DNA of 64,000 nt from Chloroflexota bacterium (GCA_024277095.1 JAJRVX010000401.1:26-64025), one strand, 5' to 3'; numbered from the stretch's first letter, positions 29,756 through 40,465 are shown. The notes: generated from the letters alone by a model not told the origin. Made by a program: numbers and translations.

Positions 29756-32700
29756 CTACCGTCGCACCATCGGCAGCCACGACCGGTGGCCCACAAACAC
29801 CCGAATCGTATCCTGCGCGGACAGTCCCGTCTCGTCCTGGGCTGTGAGCGTGATGGTGTGCCATCCAAAACTCAGCGTGGTCTCCAACACCTCTCCCTGA
29901 CCCAGGTCGCCATCCCGGTCCGAAGACCAGTGAAGCGATGCGGGGGACAAGTCTTTGAAGTCTTGATCATAAGCATAGCCTCGCAATACCACCGGTAAGC
30001 CCGGATTCAAGATCCAATCATTCAAGGGCGATGTGATGAAGACCGTGGGCGGCTTGCGCGGCACCCGGAAGGGAGCAGGCACCTGGGCATAGGTGGTGTG
30101 GAAACCATCGGTGGCCGCCACGCGCAGCAGGGCATCGTCCCCGCCGGGCAATTCCGTGGCATCGATGGTCAGCGTCGTGTCGGTGATACCAATGGCGATC
30201 GGCTGCCAGGAGTTGCCGCCGTCCGCGCTGTATTGCACGATGAATTCGAGGGGGTCGCCGTCCGGATCTGAGGCCGTCCATACCATATGAATCGTGTCGG
30301 TGATGGTCTCCCCGCCTAGAGGTGAAGTGATGGTGACGGTGGGCGGGTTGGGACTGGCCTCCAGAGTGGCCAACGCCGCGTCCTCATGTTTGAGCACCAA
30401 TCGCTTCGCCTGAGCGTCATAAGGCATGGTCAGCAAGAAGGACGTCGCTGTAATCGGCCCTCGGCTATCCAGGAACACGTGCGGTGCGAAGGTGCGGGTG
30501 TGCAACACCCGACCGCCGGCGTCCAGAAGCTCCAGAGTGTAGGGCCCGTCGGGCAGATCATCCTGGAAATTGGGATTTTGGATAATGTACAGGGGCTCCA
30601 GCTCGGCCGTCGTCGTGGTGGTAGTGGCGATACTTCCCTGCACCAGGAATCGAGGCTCATCGGCTGCCTCCGTCGCCCGGGCAGTGCTCGCGGTGACGTT
30701 AATGATCGCCTCATGCAAGGCCCTGTAAGTGTAATCGGAAGGCCATAGAGGTAAGCCGATCAGATCGCCGTAACTCATGATGTCAGCCGTCTTGGCGGGA
30801 TCGATAACCCGTCTCCTTCGAACGTCGAAGCCATAATAGTCATTGGCCTGAGCGTGACTAAGCTGACAATTCGGGTAAGGCCAGTGGGGATCAGGTCCGC
30901 CCGGACTCCCGGGACGGCCGGGAGGGGGACAAGGTACATGTCGCCGGCCCAGCGCGTGGCCCAGTTCATGGAGGAAGTTGATCCCCATTGTTCGGCTCGA
31001 GCTCTTATGCTCGAACCACAGAACCCGCGAGGATAGATCTTGAGCCATTCCCTCAGTGGTCGTAAGCCAGGAATCGACATATCCCACGTAGTATGCGTTG
31101 CCCGGCCCAAACCAACGCTCCGACCAGGGACGTTGGGCGTTTAGAATCTCGTGTGGGCACTCATCTACATCCTTGCTTTGTAAGTAGTATTGGTGGTAGC
31201 AATAGCTAAGGAGGGTGGTACCTTTGTACAATCTAACGATACCGCGCCAATACATACGCCAATCGGACGTCGCCATCGGGTATAGCCGCAGCCACTCAAA
31301 AGCCCTTCTGGCCCCGGCTTCTGATGGGTCCGTCCGAATACGGAGGCCATATACATAGAATGCCAGATCGCCACCGTCTACAAATTGTACATTTTGTGCT
31401 TTCGTGTTGTTGCAGTTGCTGTCCGGACGGTCGCACCGCCAGTTGACCTCGGCGACCATCATATAGGACCCCTCCACCCATTGGGCCCCCTGGAGGGGTA
31501 GGCGGAAAAGAAGGCTTTGCTTTACATCACGACGCTCCGCGGTTGTGGGACGGCCTTTGCCCGCCAGGACGCGGGCTGTGACGGGGCGCAGGGGTTGCAA
31601 CGTCCCCCGATCGCTGGTCAGCCTTCCGCTCACGTTGGGCACATCGCAGCCCGCGATGTCGTTGGGATAGCGAGCGCGAAGGTACACACGCACATATGTC
31701 TCCTTGCCCGCTATCAAGGGGGCCTGGTTCGCCAGATTTTGTATAACTTGCGTGACCTCAAAGCCTGTTACCTGGATATCCGGCTTGAGCAACGTAAGGG
31801 CTTTGGGAGGCGTCTGGAAGGGGAATCCCGCGATTTCGCCGCTGGCCTGGTTGATGATCCGCTGGGGCCACCGGTCGTTGGCAAGCCTCATGAGCGTGGC
31901 GCAATCCACCCTGGCCCGGAAGCTGATGACTGCGGTCTGGCCATCAGGGATGGTTCCATTCCATACGATGCTGCGCGAATTCTTGTTGTAGCGAACGGTG
32001 CCAAAATTGGCATGCGCGCTTCCGGCCACGTAAGTGGTGTACTGAGGCAAGGGATCCGTCATCCGGGAAGGCGCGCTGGCACCCGTGGGACTGTCCCAGA
32101 AGAGGCTGATCGTATACGTGATCTCCTGACCCGGCGCGATGCTATCGGCGGGGTTTCCGGGGGGTGGCGCGGCCGCCTTAACCGCCTCGAAGGTGGGCGT
32201 GGGTGTAGGTGTGAGTGTAGGGGTGGGGGTGGGGGTTGGAGTAGCCTGAGCAAGGTAGAAAATGTTCTCAGTGTAAGAACCGGGATCCGGAAGACGGTAT
32301 TCGATGGTGTTGCAATCGACAACCGTGCCGCGGTCCGCAACGGCGCCGGAGCAGGTATAGCCAGGCGGGGGATCCACTACGATACGGTAACGATTGTACC
32401 CTCCATCCCACAGGGAAAAGGAAAAACGGCCATCTGAGGTGGTCGTCGTCTGCTGTAACTGTGTCCAGGAAGTATCCCCCTCTTTACGAGCATGCAGCTT
32501 GACGTTCACCCCTTGCATAGGCGTCGCACCCGGGCCCAGGACCTGTCCGCCAAAGCGATAAGTGGGCGTGGGGGTAGGGGTAGATGTGGGGGTAGGGGTG
32601 GGAGTAGCCGGTGCGTCGTAGAAATTGTTGCCCGCATAGCTCCCCGATGGAGGCCGATCATATCCGATGGTGTTCTCGTCGATGACCCGCCCACCCGGGC

Positions 32701-34096
32701 CCGCCTGAGCGCCGATGGAAACGTAGCCGGGCAGATCCCGTTCGTGGAGGATGTAATACTGGTACCCCTGTACCTCCTGATGGAGGATGGTATACCGTCC
32801 CTGCTGATCTGTGCGCACTCTCTGCAACATCTTCCACGCCTCAGACTCCGTCGTCCGCCCCATCAGCTCCACCAACACGTTCCAGAGGGGGCGCTGGCCG
32901 TCCAGCACGCGCCCCTCAAAGCGATACTCACGCACGGCGGCCAACGTCGGCGTAGGCGTCGGGGTGGGTGTCGGCGTGGGCGTGTCGGTGACGATCACCG
33001 CGCCGCCTGTGGGCGTCGGTGTGGGTGTAGGTGTGGATGTCGGTGTTGGTGTTGATGTTGATGTTGGCGTGGACGTAGAGGTTGCCGTAGGCGTAGCAGT
33101 GGGAAGGGATTGGATGTACTGCAAGATGGTTCCGTTCGCGCCTACTGTATAGGCTGTTGTGTCAGTAGCCCAGACACCATAAAGATGGTTGTTTGTCCCA
33201 CTGGTCATGGGAGTCCACTCGGTTCCATCCCAATGGAGAATGGTGCCGAAAGCCCCGGCCGCATAGATGTCGTTGCTCGCCGTACCGTGCATGTCGTACA
33301 GGGCCTCGGAAGTCCCGGAAGGTGTGGAGTCCCACCCACTGCCGGTCCAGTGGTAGATATTTCCGTAGATGTTTCCGATGAAGAAGTCGGTTTCACTGGT
33401 GCCCCATATGGCGCTCAAATCGCTGGAGCTGGGATTGGTCATGGGAAACCACGGAGAAGGCCCCCAGAGCATAAAGCCCCCATCGCCGATGACAAATACC
33501 GATGAAGCCGTCCCCCAGATATCCCATAGGGGCATTGAATCAGGGGAGTCATACGTACCCGCGTCGATCAGTGTACTCCAGGACGAGCCATCCCAGTGGG
33601 CAACAAACGCCTCATTGGGCGTGCCCGCTATGTCGGCTCCCGCTACGTAAATGTCGTTGACGCCGGTCCCCCAAATTCCCCGCTGTATCTTGCCGGAAAA
33701 CGTTCCCAGAGAGGTCCAACCACCGCCGCTGTAATAGAAGGTTTCCCAGTTGGTCATAACGTAGAGACTGTCAGGTCCGGTCCCCCATATGTCCACGATA
33801 TTGTCCGTTGTGGGAGAGGATAAGGATACCCATGCGGTACCATCATAGTGGAGGATGGTACCATTCGCGCCGCCCGCAAAGACGTCATTGGGCCCGAACC
33901 CCCAGACGGCGTTCAGGTCTTGGGTGGTAGGGCTGGTCATGGAAATCCATGTACCCTGGGAAACGCGTGCTGGCTGAGGGGCACCAGGGGCGCTCAAAAT
34001 AGGAGCAGCGAACAGGGACCCCAAGCCCAAACATATCAAAGCGAAGGCGACGAAAAGGAAGATGTGGCGGCTGCCTCGACGGCGTCGCAAGCGCAT
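29756..34096 (-). CDS. Secreted multidomain zinc metalloprotease (HExxH) with beta-propeller-like repeats, PT linkers and Ig-like domains
   Basis: ATG 34096 lies behind AAAGGAGGT. Signal peptide MRLRRRRGSRHIFLFVAFALICLGLGSLFA. At least 5 repeats of the form WG.G..D(V/I)(F/Y).(G)..GTILH(Y/W)DG..W. Several (PT)n linkers, and FLHELGHALGRRH. Confidence 0.8.
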   Translation of the reverse strand: MRLRRRRGSRHIFLFVAFALICLGLGSLFAAPILSAPGAPQPARVSQGTWISMTSPTTQDLNAVWGFGPNDVFAGGANGTILHYDGTAWVSLSSPTTDNIVDIWGTGPDSLYVMTNWETFYYSGGGWTSLGTFSGKIQRGIWGTGVNDIYVAGADIAGTPNEAFVAHWDGSSWSTLIDAGTYDSPDSMPLWDIWGTASSVFVIGDGGFMLWGPSPWFPMTNPSSSDLSAIWGTSETDFFIGNIYGNIYHWTGSGWDSTPSGTSEALYDMHGTASNDIYAAGAFGTILHWDGTEWTPMTSGTNNHLYGVWATDTTAYTVGANGTILQYIQSLPTATPTATSTSTPTSTSTPTPTSTPTPTPTPTGGAVIVTDTPTPTPTPTPTPTLAAVREYRFEGRVLDGQRPLWNVLVELMGRTTESEAWKMLQRVRTDQQGRYTILHQEVQGYQYYILHERDLPGYVSIGAQAGPGGRVIDENTIGYDRPPSGSYAGNNFYDAPATPTPTPTSTPTPTPTYRFGGQVLGPGATPMQGVNVKLHARKEGDTSWTQLQQTTTTSDGRFSFSLWDGGYNRYRIVVDPPPGYTCSGAVADRGTVVDCNTIEYRLPDPGSYTENIFYLAQATPTPTPTPTLTPTPTPTFEAVKAAAPPPGNPADSIAPGQEITYTISLFWDSPTGASAPSRMTDPLPQYTTYVAGSAHANFGTVRYNKNSRSIVWNGTIPDGQTAVISFRARVDCATLMRLANDRWPQRIINQASGEIAGFPFQTPPKALTLLKPDIQVTGFEVTQVIQNLANQAPLIAGKETYVRVYLRARYPNDIAGCDVPNVSGRLTSDRGTLQPLRPVTARVLAGKGRPTTAERRDVKQSLLFRLPLQGAQWVEGSYMMVAEVNWRCDRPDSNCNNTKAQNVQFVDGGDLAFYVYGLRIRTDPSEAGARRAFEWLRLYPMATSDWRMYWRGIVRLYKGTTLLSYCYHQYYLQSKDVDECPHEILNAQRPWSERWFGPGNAYYVGYVDSWLTTTEGMAQDLSSRVLWFEHKSSSRTMGINFLHELGHALGRRHVPCPPPGRPGSPGGPDPHWPYPNCQLSHAQANDYYGFDVRRRRVIDPAKTADIMSYGDLIGLPLWPSDYTYRALHEAIINVTASTARATEAADEPRFLVQGSIATTTTTTAELEPLYIIQNPNFQDDLPDGPYTLELLDAGGRVLHTRTFAPHVFLDSRGPITATSFLLTMPYDAQAKRLVLKHEDAALATLEASPNPPTVTITSPLGGETITDTIHMVWTASDPDGDPLEFIVQYSADGGNSWQPIAIGITDTTLTIDATELPGGDDALLRVAATDGFHTTYAQVPAPFRVPRKPPTVFITSPLNDWILNPGLPVVLRGYAYDQDFKDLSPASLHWSSDRDGDLGQGEVLETTLSFGWHTITLTAQDETGLSAQDTIRVFVGHRSWLPMVRR

Positions 34097-34131
34097 GTTG
34101 ACCTCCTTTCGATATGATTGCGCACAAAGCC

Positions 34132-34344
34132 TCACACCTGATTCGCTGGTCTCCCTTCTTGCCATTCCATCAGAACCTCTTCCACGAATTCCACCAAGTC
34201 CTCCACACTGCTGAACCCCCAGCGTCGGCCCGTATGCGGCTCCTCCAACGCGATCCTCAACAGTGCGGGTTCGTCTTGCCCCTCCCGCTGTTCTGTCCAA
34301 ACATACAAAAGATAGATGCGAGGACGGCTCATTTGAGCGATCAA
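34132..34344 (-). CDS. Small conserved-looking hypothetical protein upstream of the protease
   Basis: 70 aa: ...LLRIALEEPHTGRRWGFSSVEDLVEFVEEVL.... Same strand as the protease and 36 nt before its start. Confidence 0.45.
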   Translation of the reverse strand: MIAQMSRPRIYLLYVWTEQREGQDEPALLRIALEEPHTGRRWGFSSVEDLVEFVEEVLMEWQEGRPANQV

Positions 34345-34485
34345 GGGAATAGGGGTATAATCTCACGTGACGGATATCACTCACTCCATCATATTCCAAG
34401 AGCGTTGAATAAACGTTGAAAGAGACTGGATCCGCTCATTCTGATCCGGACCGTGAATCGGAAACTTCAGCCTTGACACACGGCC

Positions 34486-37400
34486 ATGGCGCCTATCCTA
34501 TATCTCCGCCTGCTCGGCGGGCCTGAGATCCGGTTAGGAGAGCCCCCCGTTCACCTCGAGACGGCGAAGACGCTCGCCCTGTTGGCCTACCTGGTGATGC
34601 GCCCCGGCGCACATCAGCGGGAAATGCTGGCCGATCTTTTATGGGGCGACCAAGGACCAGCACGCGCGGCACGCAGTTTACGCCGCGCGGTCTGGAATAT
34701 CCGCCGCTCCCTCTGTTCAGACGAAGAATCATGTCCCTACCTCCACGTCTCCCGACATGATATCGCTTTCAACCATCAGGCACCCTACACCCTGGACGTA
34801 GAGACCTTCGAAAACCATCTAAAGGCCGTCAAGTCCACTATCTCCCCTACGACGCATCCCGCCTCCTCAGAGGTGATTCAGTATCTCAACGAATGTGTGC
34901 GCCTGTATCGCGGGGACTTCATGGAAGGGGTGTACGTGGAGGGTTCTTCCGCCTTCGAAGCGTGGCTCCTGGGGGAGCGTGCGTACTACCGCGAGCGTAT
35001 CATCCAGGTCCTCTTCCAATTGAGCGAGATCTACATCGCACGAGGCGAATATGACGATGCTATCCTGGCCCTACAACGCCTCCTGGCCCTCATCCCCTGG
35101 TCCGAACGGGCTCATCGTCAGCTCATGTTCTGTTATGCGCTGGCTGGGCGTCGCGCGGATGCCCTGGCTCAATATGAACGCTGCCGTCGCACCCTACGGG
35201 ACGAATTCGGCACAGATCCTCTGCCCGAGACCATCGAGCTCTATGAGTGGGTTCGAGATCCCCAGCGCTTTCGTCAAGCCCTCCAACAGACTGTTATCGC
35301 CTCCGTCTCGACCAGCCTACGCGCGCCACCTCCGATCCCTTTCCTGGGCCGCGGGGAAGAACATGCATGGCTGCTGGCCCAATGGGAGACCCGGGGATCG
35401 GGGTTGACGTTGGTGGAGGGCACCGCAGGGGTGGGGAAAACCCGGCTGGTGGAAGAGGTGCTCCGACATCTGAGCGGCCGTGGGGTGCCTGTCCTGCGGG
35501 GGCGTTGCCACCAGTTCGGCAGCAGCATCTCCTTCCAGCCCATCACCGACGCGCTGCGTACCCACCTCCATCTCCACCCCCAGGCCCTCGTCCCCCTGGA
35601 GCCCGTCTGGCTCTCCGAGCTCTCCCTGCTCCTACCCGAAGTACGAGCCCTGTACCCCCAGGTCTCTCCGCCGGTCCCCATCGAACGAAGCGCCAGCGCA
35701 CAACAGCGCCTCTTCGAGGCCGTGGCCCAGGCCCTGCTCGCCCTGGCCGATCCGGCTCTCGTCCTCTTCCTGGACGACACCCAGTGGGCTGACCCGGACA
35801 CCGTGGACATGCTGCGCTATCTCCTGCATCGCCTGGAGGGCATGAATATCTGGTTTGTGGCCGCGTATCGCAGGGAGGAAATGGACCCGGGGCATCCCTT
35901 CCTCCTCCTGCGCCGCAACCTGGGGCGAGAACGCCGCGCTTTCGTCCTGCAGCTAAAACCCCTGAGCGAGGAGACCGTCCGACGGATGCTGGGAGGGCTA
36001 CCCGGGCTACCCGGGGATCAGGTTCAAGTACTGGGTGATTACCTCCACACCCGCTCCCGCGGCAATCCCTTCATCCTCATCGAGACCCTGCGCGACCTGG
36101 TGGACCGGGCCATCCTGCGAGAGGAGGACAACGGATGGCGCATGGATATGCGCTGGCTACGAGAGATCCTCAACGATTCGCTTCCCGGGATGGAGGGGCA
36201 CAACAGCGTGCCCCCCGCGGTGGCTCAGATGATCCTGGACAGGGTGGACCGGCTATCCCCACAAGAGCGTTCCCTCCTCGAACTGATCGCGGTGTTGGGA
36301 GAGCCGTTCACGCGCGAGAGGCTTCATGCCCTGGCTGAGGCGCCCTCGCGCGAGGTGGACGCGATCCTCTCGACCTGGGTATCCCGGGGACTGGTATCGA
36401 TGCTCACGGACGACCGCCCCACACCGTATGATTTCGCCCACCCCCTCATCCGGGAAGCCGTGTACGGACACCTCTCTCGAACGGAACGGCGGAGTCTACA
36501 CGGATGGATCGCCGCGGCCCTGGAGCGAATATATGGGGGCCGGGAGGGCGAGGCCGTCGAATCGCTGGCCTATCATTACGCGGAGAGCGGCGACGGGGAG
36601 AAGGCCGTACATTACCTGCTCCAGGCGGGAGAGGCGGCACAGACACGCCAGGCCCAGGAGGCCGCCGTCCATCTTTACACCCGGGCGCTCGATTTCATTC
36701 CGGAGGATGACCTGGAGCGCCGTTATCGCGCGCTGAGCGGCCGAGAGCGAGCGTACAACCAGCTCGCCCGCCGTGAGGAACAGGCGCAGGACCTGGCCGC
36801 CCTCGAGGCTCTGGCGGAAGCCATGGGCAACCCGACGTACCGGGCCGATGTCCTGTATCGCCGCGCGGAATGGGCCATGCGCACGTCTCGTTTCCGCGAG
36901 GGAATAGACAGCGCGGAGGCCGCCCATTCCCTGGCTCGAAAGCATGGAGATATAGGCTTAGCCGTGGATGCGCTGCGCATCAAGGCCATGTGTCACGTGC
37001 GCATAGGTGACTTTGATAGCGGGCTCGTATGTTGCGAGGAGGGATTACACCTGAGCCAGCAGATAGGAGATCGGCGACGGGAGGTACTCTGTCTGGGGAC
37101 ACTGGGCATCATCGACCTGGACCAGAACCGCCTGCCAGAAGCGTTGCAGCATATGGAGGCAGCGCTGGCCTACTGGCGGGAATCCGGTGAGGCATGGCAT
37201 CAGGCCATCGCCTGTAACAACCTCTCCATGCTCTATCATCGCCTGGGTAACTACGGCCGCGCCCTGGCCCTACAGGAGGAGGCCCGTAATCTCATTCCGC
37301 AGACCGGGGACCTGGGCCTGGACGCCTACAGCCTGACCAGCCAGGGCGTCCTCTATTACACCCTGGGGCGCTACGAGGACGCGCTGGCGTGCTACGAAGA

Positions 37401-38025
37401 CGCCCGGCGTCTGGCCCACATCATCTCGGATCAAGGCCTCGAATCCTATATCCAGACCTGCGCCGGGGAAACGCATCTGGCCCAGGGAGACGTCGATGAG
37501 GCTGAGGCCGCGTACCGTCGCGCCCTGGCGATAGAAGAGGATCTGAACGCCTTCGTCTTCCGCCCCCAGATTTGGGAAGGGCTGGCCCGCTGCGCGCTGG
37601 CCCGCGGCGGCCTGGCCGAAGCGGCCGAGCGACTGGAAAAAGCGGATCACTACTATCGGAGCACTCGTGCGCCAGGGCACACGATGACGCTAGCCCTGTA
37701 CGCGTACGTCCAGGCACAGCAAGGAGACGTGGAGGCGGCACGGGCGTTGGTAACCCGGTTTCGGGAGGCGGAAGAAGCCGCGGGCGGGGAGGCGGAACCC
37801 GAAGCCTGGTGGTGGTTGGCCCAGACGCTCAACAGGCTGAACCAGCCCGCAGCCGCGCGGGAGGCCCTGGTACAGGCTGCTACGATCATACGACAGCGCG
37901 CTGCCTCCCTGGATGAGAGGGCCCGCACCCGATATCTCTCTCGTTCTTCTATCTACCAGGATATCCTCACCGCGGCACCTGAGGAGATGCCCGGTAGCTC
38001 CCTCATCGGAAAGGAGATTGTGTAG
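34486..38025 (+). CDS. SARP/BTAD-family regulator with NB-ARC/AAA ATPase and TPR domains (AfsR-like STAND protein)
   Basis: N-terminal winged-helix plus BTAD (LRLLGGPEIRLGE...ALAQYERCRRTLRDEFG), a P-loop GTAGVGKTRL, and C-terminal TPR repeats. Confidence 0.85.
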   Translation: MAPILYLRLLGGPEIRLGEPPVHLETAKTLALLAYLVMRPGAHQREMLADLLWGDQGPARAARSLRRAVWNIRRSLCSDEESCPYLHVSRHDIAFNHQAPYTLDVETFENHLKAVKSTISPTTHPASSEVIQYLNECVRLYRGDFMEGVYVEGSSAFEAWLLGERAYYRERIIQVLFQLSEIYIARGEYDDAILALQRLLALIPWSERAHRQLMFCYALAGRRADALAQYERCRRTLRDEFGTDPLPETIELYEWVRDPQRFRQALQQTVIASVSTSLRAPPPIPFLGRGEEHAWLLAQWETRGSGLTLVEGTAGVGKTRLVEEVLRHLSGRGVPVLRGRCHQFGSSISFQPITDALRTHLHLHPQALVPLEPVWLSELSLLLPEVRALYPQVSPPVPIERSASAQQRLFEAVAQALLALADPALVLFLDDTQWADPDTVDMLRYLLHRLEGMNIWFVAAYRREEMDPGHPFLLLRRNLGRERRAFVLQLKPLSEETVRRMLGGLPGLPGDQVQVLGDYLHTRSRGNPFILIETLRDLVDRAILREEDNGWRMDMRWLREILNDSLPGMEGHNSVPPAVAQMILDRVDRLSPQERSLLELIAVLGEPFTRERLHALAEAPSREVDAILSTWVSRGLVSMLTDDRPTPYDFAHPLIREAVYGHLSRTERRSLHGWIAAALERIYGGREGEAVESLAYHYAESGDGEKAVHYLLQAGEAAQTRQAQEAAVHLYTRALDFIPEDDLERRYRALSGRERAYNQLARREEQAQDLAALEALAEAMGNPTYRADVLYRRAEWAMRTSRFREGIDSAEAAHSLARKHGDIGLAVDALRIKAMCHVRIGDFDSGLVCCEEGLHLSQQIGDRRREVLCLGTLGIIDLDQNRLPEALQHMEAALAYWRESGEAWHQAIACNNLSMLYHRLGNYGRALALQEEARNLIPQTGDLGLDAYSLTSQGVLYYTLGRYEDALACYEDARRLAHIISDQGLESYIQTCAGETHLAQGDVDEAEAAYRRALAIEEDLNAFVFRPQIWEGLARCALARGGLAEAAERLEKADHYYRSTRAPGHTMTLALYAYVQAQQGDVEAARALVTRFREAEEAAGGEAEPEAWWWLAQTLNRLNQPAAAREALVQAATIIRQRAASLDERARTRYLSRSSIYQDILTAAPEEMPGSSLIGKEIV

Positions 38026-38180
38026 CGTCCTCCCGGCAGCCCGCCCCGCTCTTCCCCACGACACCTCGCAGCCGCCACGATGCCACCATATTGGCTTCCC
38101 CCAAGTCGTCCTTCGGCGCTCTGGTGGTGGCTCGATTGACATCCCCGGGAACGCACGTTATGATGCCCACGCGCCCTCAG

Positions 38181-38352
38181 AGCGTATCTGAGAAATGCCG
38201 TTGCCTCTGATATGGGGAGACCCGGGGGACGGAGCTTTCCGGAAAAAGCCCTTCTCCCGCCTTCGACCTGCCGACCTCGGCCAGGGTCCTTTGAAAAGGG
38301 TCGAGAAAGGCGGGAGGGCAGGCATCTTACCGGTAAATCCTCAGATACGCCC
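38181..38352 (+). repeat. MITE-like repeat, internally deleted copy C
   Basis: The ends match copies A and B: gagcgtatctgagaaatgccgtt... and ...cttaccggtaaatcctcagatacgccc. It is flanked by TCA / TCA. The central palindrome module is missing. Confidence 0.8.
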
Positions 38353-38403
38353 TCAAGGACAGGCGGGGACGCATTTGGACGATCCAGAGAGGAGGAAGGC
38401 ACC

Positions 38404-39177
38404 ATGCGATTCGGATGTTGCACGCCCATGGAGAACGCGCCGCTGGTCGCCGAGGCCGGATATGACTTCATCGAGCTCACCGTGGTCCAACACCTGCAAC
38501 CCGAGGCGTCCGATGAGGAGTGGGCCCCTACCCGCTCCGCCTTGGAAGCGATGCCCCTGCCCCCGGCGGCGTTCAACGTTATGCTCCCTCGGGATCTGAA
38601 GGTGGTCGGCCCCGATGTAGATCCCGGCCGCGTACAGCGATACATCCACACCGCATTCCAGCGCGCCGGCCTCCTGGGCGGCGAGGTCATCGTCTTCGGG
38701 TCCGGCGGATCCCGCAACGTGCCCGATGGGTTCCCGCAGGCGAGGGCCTGGGATCAGCTCATCCAGTTCATCCGCTGGGCCGGCGATGCGGCCCAGGCGG
38801 TGGGCATGCAGGTCGCGATCGAGCCGCTCAACCGTGGGGAGTGCAACATCATCAACTCGGTGGCAGAGGCCCTGGACCTGGCCCAGGCGTCCGGCCACCC
38901 GGCCGTGAGGGTGCTGGCCGACCTTTACCACATCGTCGTGGAGAACGAGCCCATGAGCCACATCGCCACCGTTGGCGACATGCTGGCTCACGTGCACGTG
39001 GCGGACACGGGACGCCGCTATCCTGGCAGCGGCTCTTACCCTTACCCGGAATTCCTGAGCACGCTCAAGGCCATCGACTATGACCAGCGCATCTCGGTGG
39101 AATGCCGCTGGGAAGATCTCGCCTCGGAGAGCCGGATGGCGCTGCAATTCCTGCGGGAGGCATGGGCCCGAGCGTAA
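38404..39177 (+). CDS. Sugar phosphate isomerase/epimerase (xylose-isomerase-like TIM barrel)
   Basis: ATG 38404 lies behind GGAGGAAGG. MRFGCCTP...GYDFIELTV ... AIEPLNRGECNIINS ... HVHVADT. The track ORF start 38212 lies inside repeat C. Confidence 0.75.
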   Translation: MRFGCCTPMENAPLVAEAGYDFIELTVVQHLQPEASDEEWAPTRSALEAMPLPPAAFNVMLPRDLKVVGPDVDPGRVQRYIHTAFQRAGLLGGEVIVFGSGGSRNVPDGFPQARAWDQLIQFIRWAGDAAQAVGMQVAIEPLNRGECNIINSVAEALDLAQASGHPAVRVLADLYHIVVENEPMSHIATVGDMLAHVHVADTGRRYPGSGSYPYPEFLSTLKAIDYDQRISVECRWEDLASESRMALQFLREAWARA

Positions 39178-39415
39178 CCCCTTAGCAGAAAACGAGGGCG
39201 TCCGGCACGGCATGATACCGGACGCCCTCTCCGTTATACGCAGGTGCGATCAGGCGATCACGACCCTCCCCGGCCCTCCAAGAGGGCCAATAACGCAGGT
39301 CCTCCGCTCGCTTTGGCGAACGCGGCCCCACGCACTCCGCCCCCACACGAGCATCTCCTCAGGCGATGCAGCGCGGGGCCGCGCCGAGACATGAACATCT
39401 CCGGCCTTCACACGA

Positions 39416-40465
39416 TCAGTACACCTTCGCCCACTCGTCGATATTCTCCGCGTTGAAGCGGAACGGAGGCCCGAGCACGATGTACACGTCATCGCCATCG
39501 GCCTGGATGGTGTACTCGCCCAACCGGCCGGCCTCAAAGGTCTCCCCCGCCTTCCCGGTGATCTCGCCGGCGAGCATCCGATGGGCCACGTAGGCCGTCA
39601 GATACCCCAGATCCACCGGGTTCCACAGGGCGAACTCCTCGCAGCAGCCGTTCTTGACGTACTCGGCCATCTCGCTGGGGAGCCCCAGGCCGGTCAGCTT
39701 GATCTTGCCACACAGGCCGGCATCCTGAAGCGCCCGAGCCGTCGCGGCGATGCCCACGGTCGTCGGCGAGATGATGCCCTTGAGGTCCGGATAGGACTTG
39801 AACAGCCCCTGGGCCTCATTGTAGCTCTTCTCACGCAGGTCATCGCCGTAAACGATGGCCACCAGCTCCATCTTCGAGTACTTCGGATCCTTCAGCTCCT
39901 CCTTCATCCACTCGATCCAGGTGTTCTGGTTCGTCATGGTGGAGGCCGCGCTGAGGATCGCGATCTGGCCCTCATAGCCGATCTGCTCGGCGATCATCTG
40001 GACCTGCACCCGACCGATGGTCTCCATGTCCGCCTGGCTGATGTGGAGCTGGCGCCCGGCCGGGGCGATGCCCGAGTCGAAGCTGATCATCACGATGCCG
40101 GCGTCCATGGCCTTCTTGCCCACGGGGACCAGGGCATCGGGATCGTTCGCCGAGACGGCGATGGCGTCCACCTTCTGGGCGATCAGAGCGTCGATGATCT
40201 CGATCTGCCCCTCGGCCGTGGGGGTCGCCGGCCCCTGGAAGATGATCTCATCACCCAGCTCCTCCGCCGCCTCCTGGGCCCCACGGTTCACCGCCTCGAA
40301 GAAGGGGTTCCCCAGGTTCTTCACCACGATGGCGATCTTGTACCCCCCGGCCGCCTCCTCCGCAGGGGCCTGCTGAGGCACAGGCGTCGCAGGCGGGGCA
40401 CAGGCGGCCAGCAAAGCGACTACCGTCACCATCGCCAGCAGCGCAAAGACCATCCGATGTTTCAT
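39416..40465 (-). CDS. Sugar ABC transporter substrate-binding lipoprotein (RbsB/PBP type I family)
   Basis: Lipobox LLAACAPP. KIAIVVKNLGNPFFEAVNRGAQEAA. Confidence 0.85.
   Translation of the reverse strand: MKHRMVFALLAMVTVVALLAACAPPATPVPQQAPAEEAAGGYKIAIVVKNLGNPFFEAVNRGAQEAAEELGDEIIFQGPATPTAEGQIEIIDALIAQKVDAIAVSANDPDALVPVGKKAMDAGIVMISFDSGIAPAGRQLHISQADMETIGRVQVQMIAEQIGYEGQIAILSAASTMTNQNTWIEWMKEELKDPKYSKMELVAIVYGDDLREKSYNEAQGLFKSYPDLKGIISPTTVGIAATARALQDAGLCGKIKLTGLGLPSEMAEYVKNGCCEEFALWNPVDLGYLTAYVAHRMLAGEITGKAGETFEAGRLGEYTIQADGDDVYIVLGPPFRFNAENIDEWAKVY

Noticed and set aside
32150-33110. Short tandem DNA repeats (ggtgtgggtgt / ggggtaggggt type) that could be mistaken for a CRISPR or VNTR array.
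   Set aside because: They are the antisense of in-frame (PT)n linker codons within the protease gene. There is no repeat-spacer organisation. No CRISPR array is present anywhere in the window.
34097-34399. N-terminal extension of the protease ORF (track start 34399). Similar upstream extensions occur at 23557 (ggt), 16466 (O-antigen ligase), 19698 (membrane protein), 20607 (aminotransferase), 22545 (DUF2283-like) and 57495 (PEP-CTERM).
   Set aside because: In each case an internal ATG is preceded by a strong GGAGG-type RBS and starts a sensible N-terminus such as a signal peptide or TM helix. The extensions overlap neighbouring genes, repeats or promoters.
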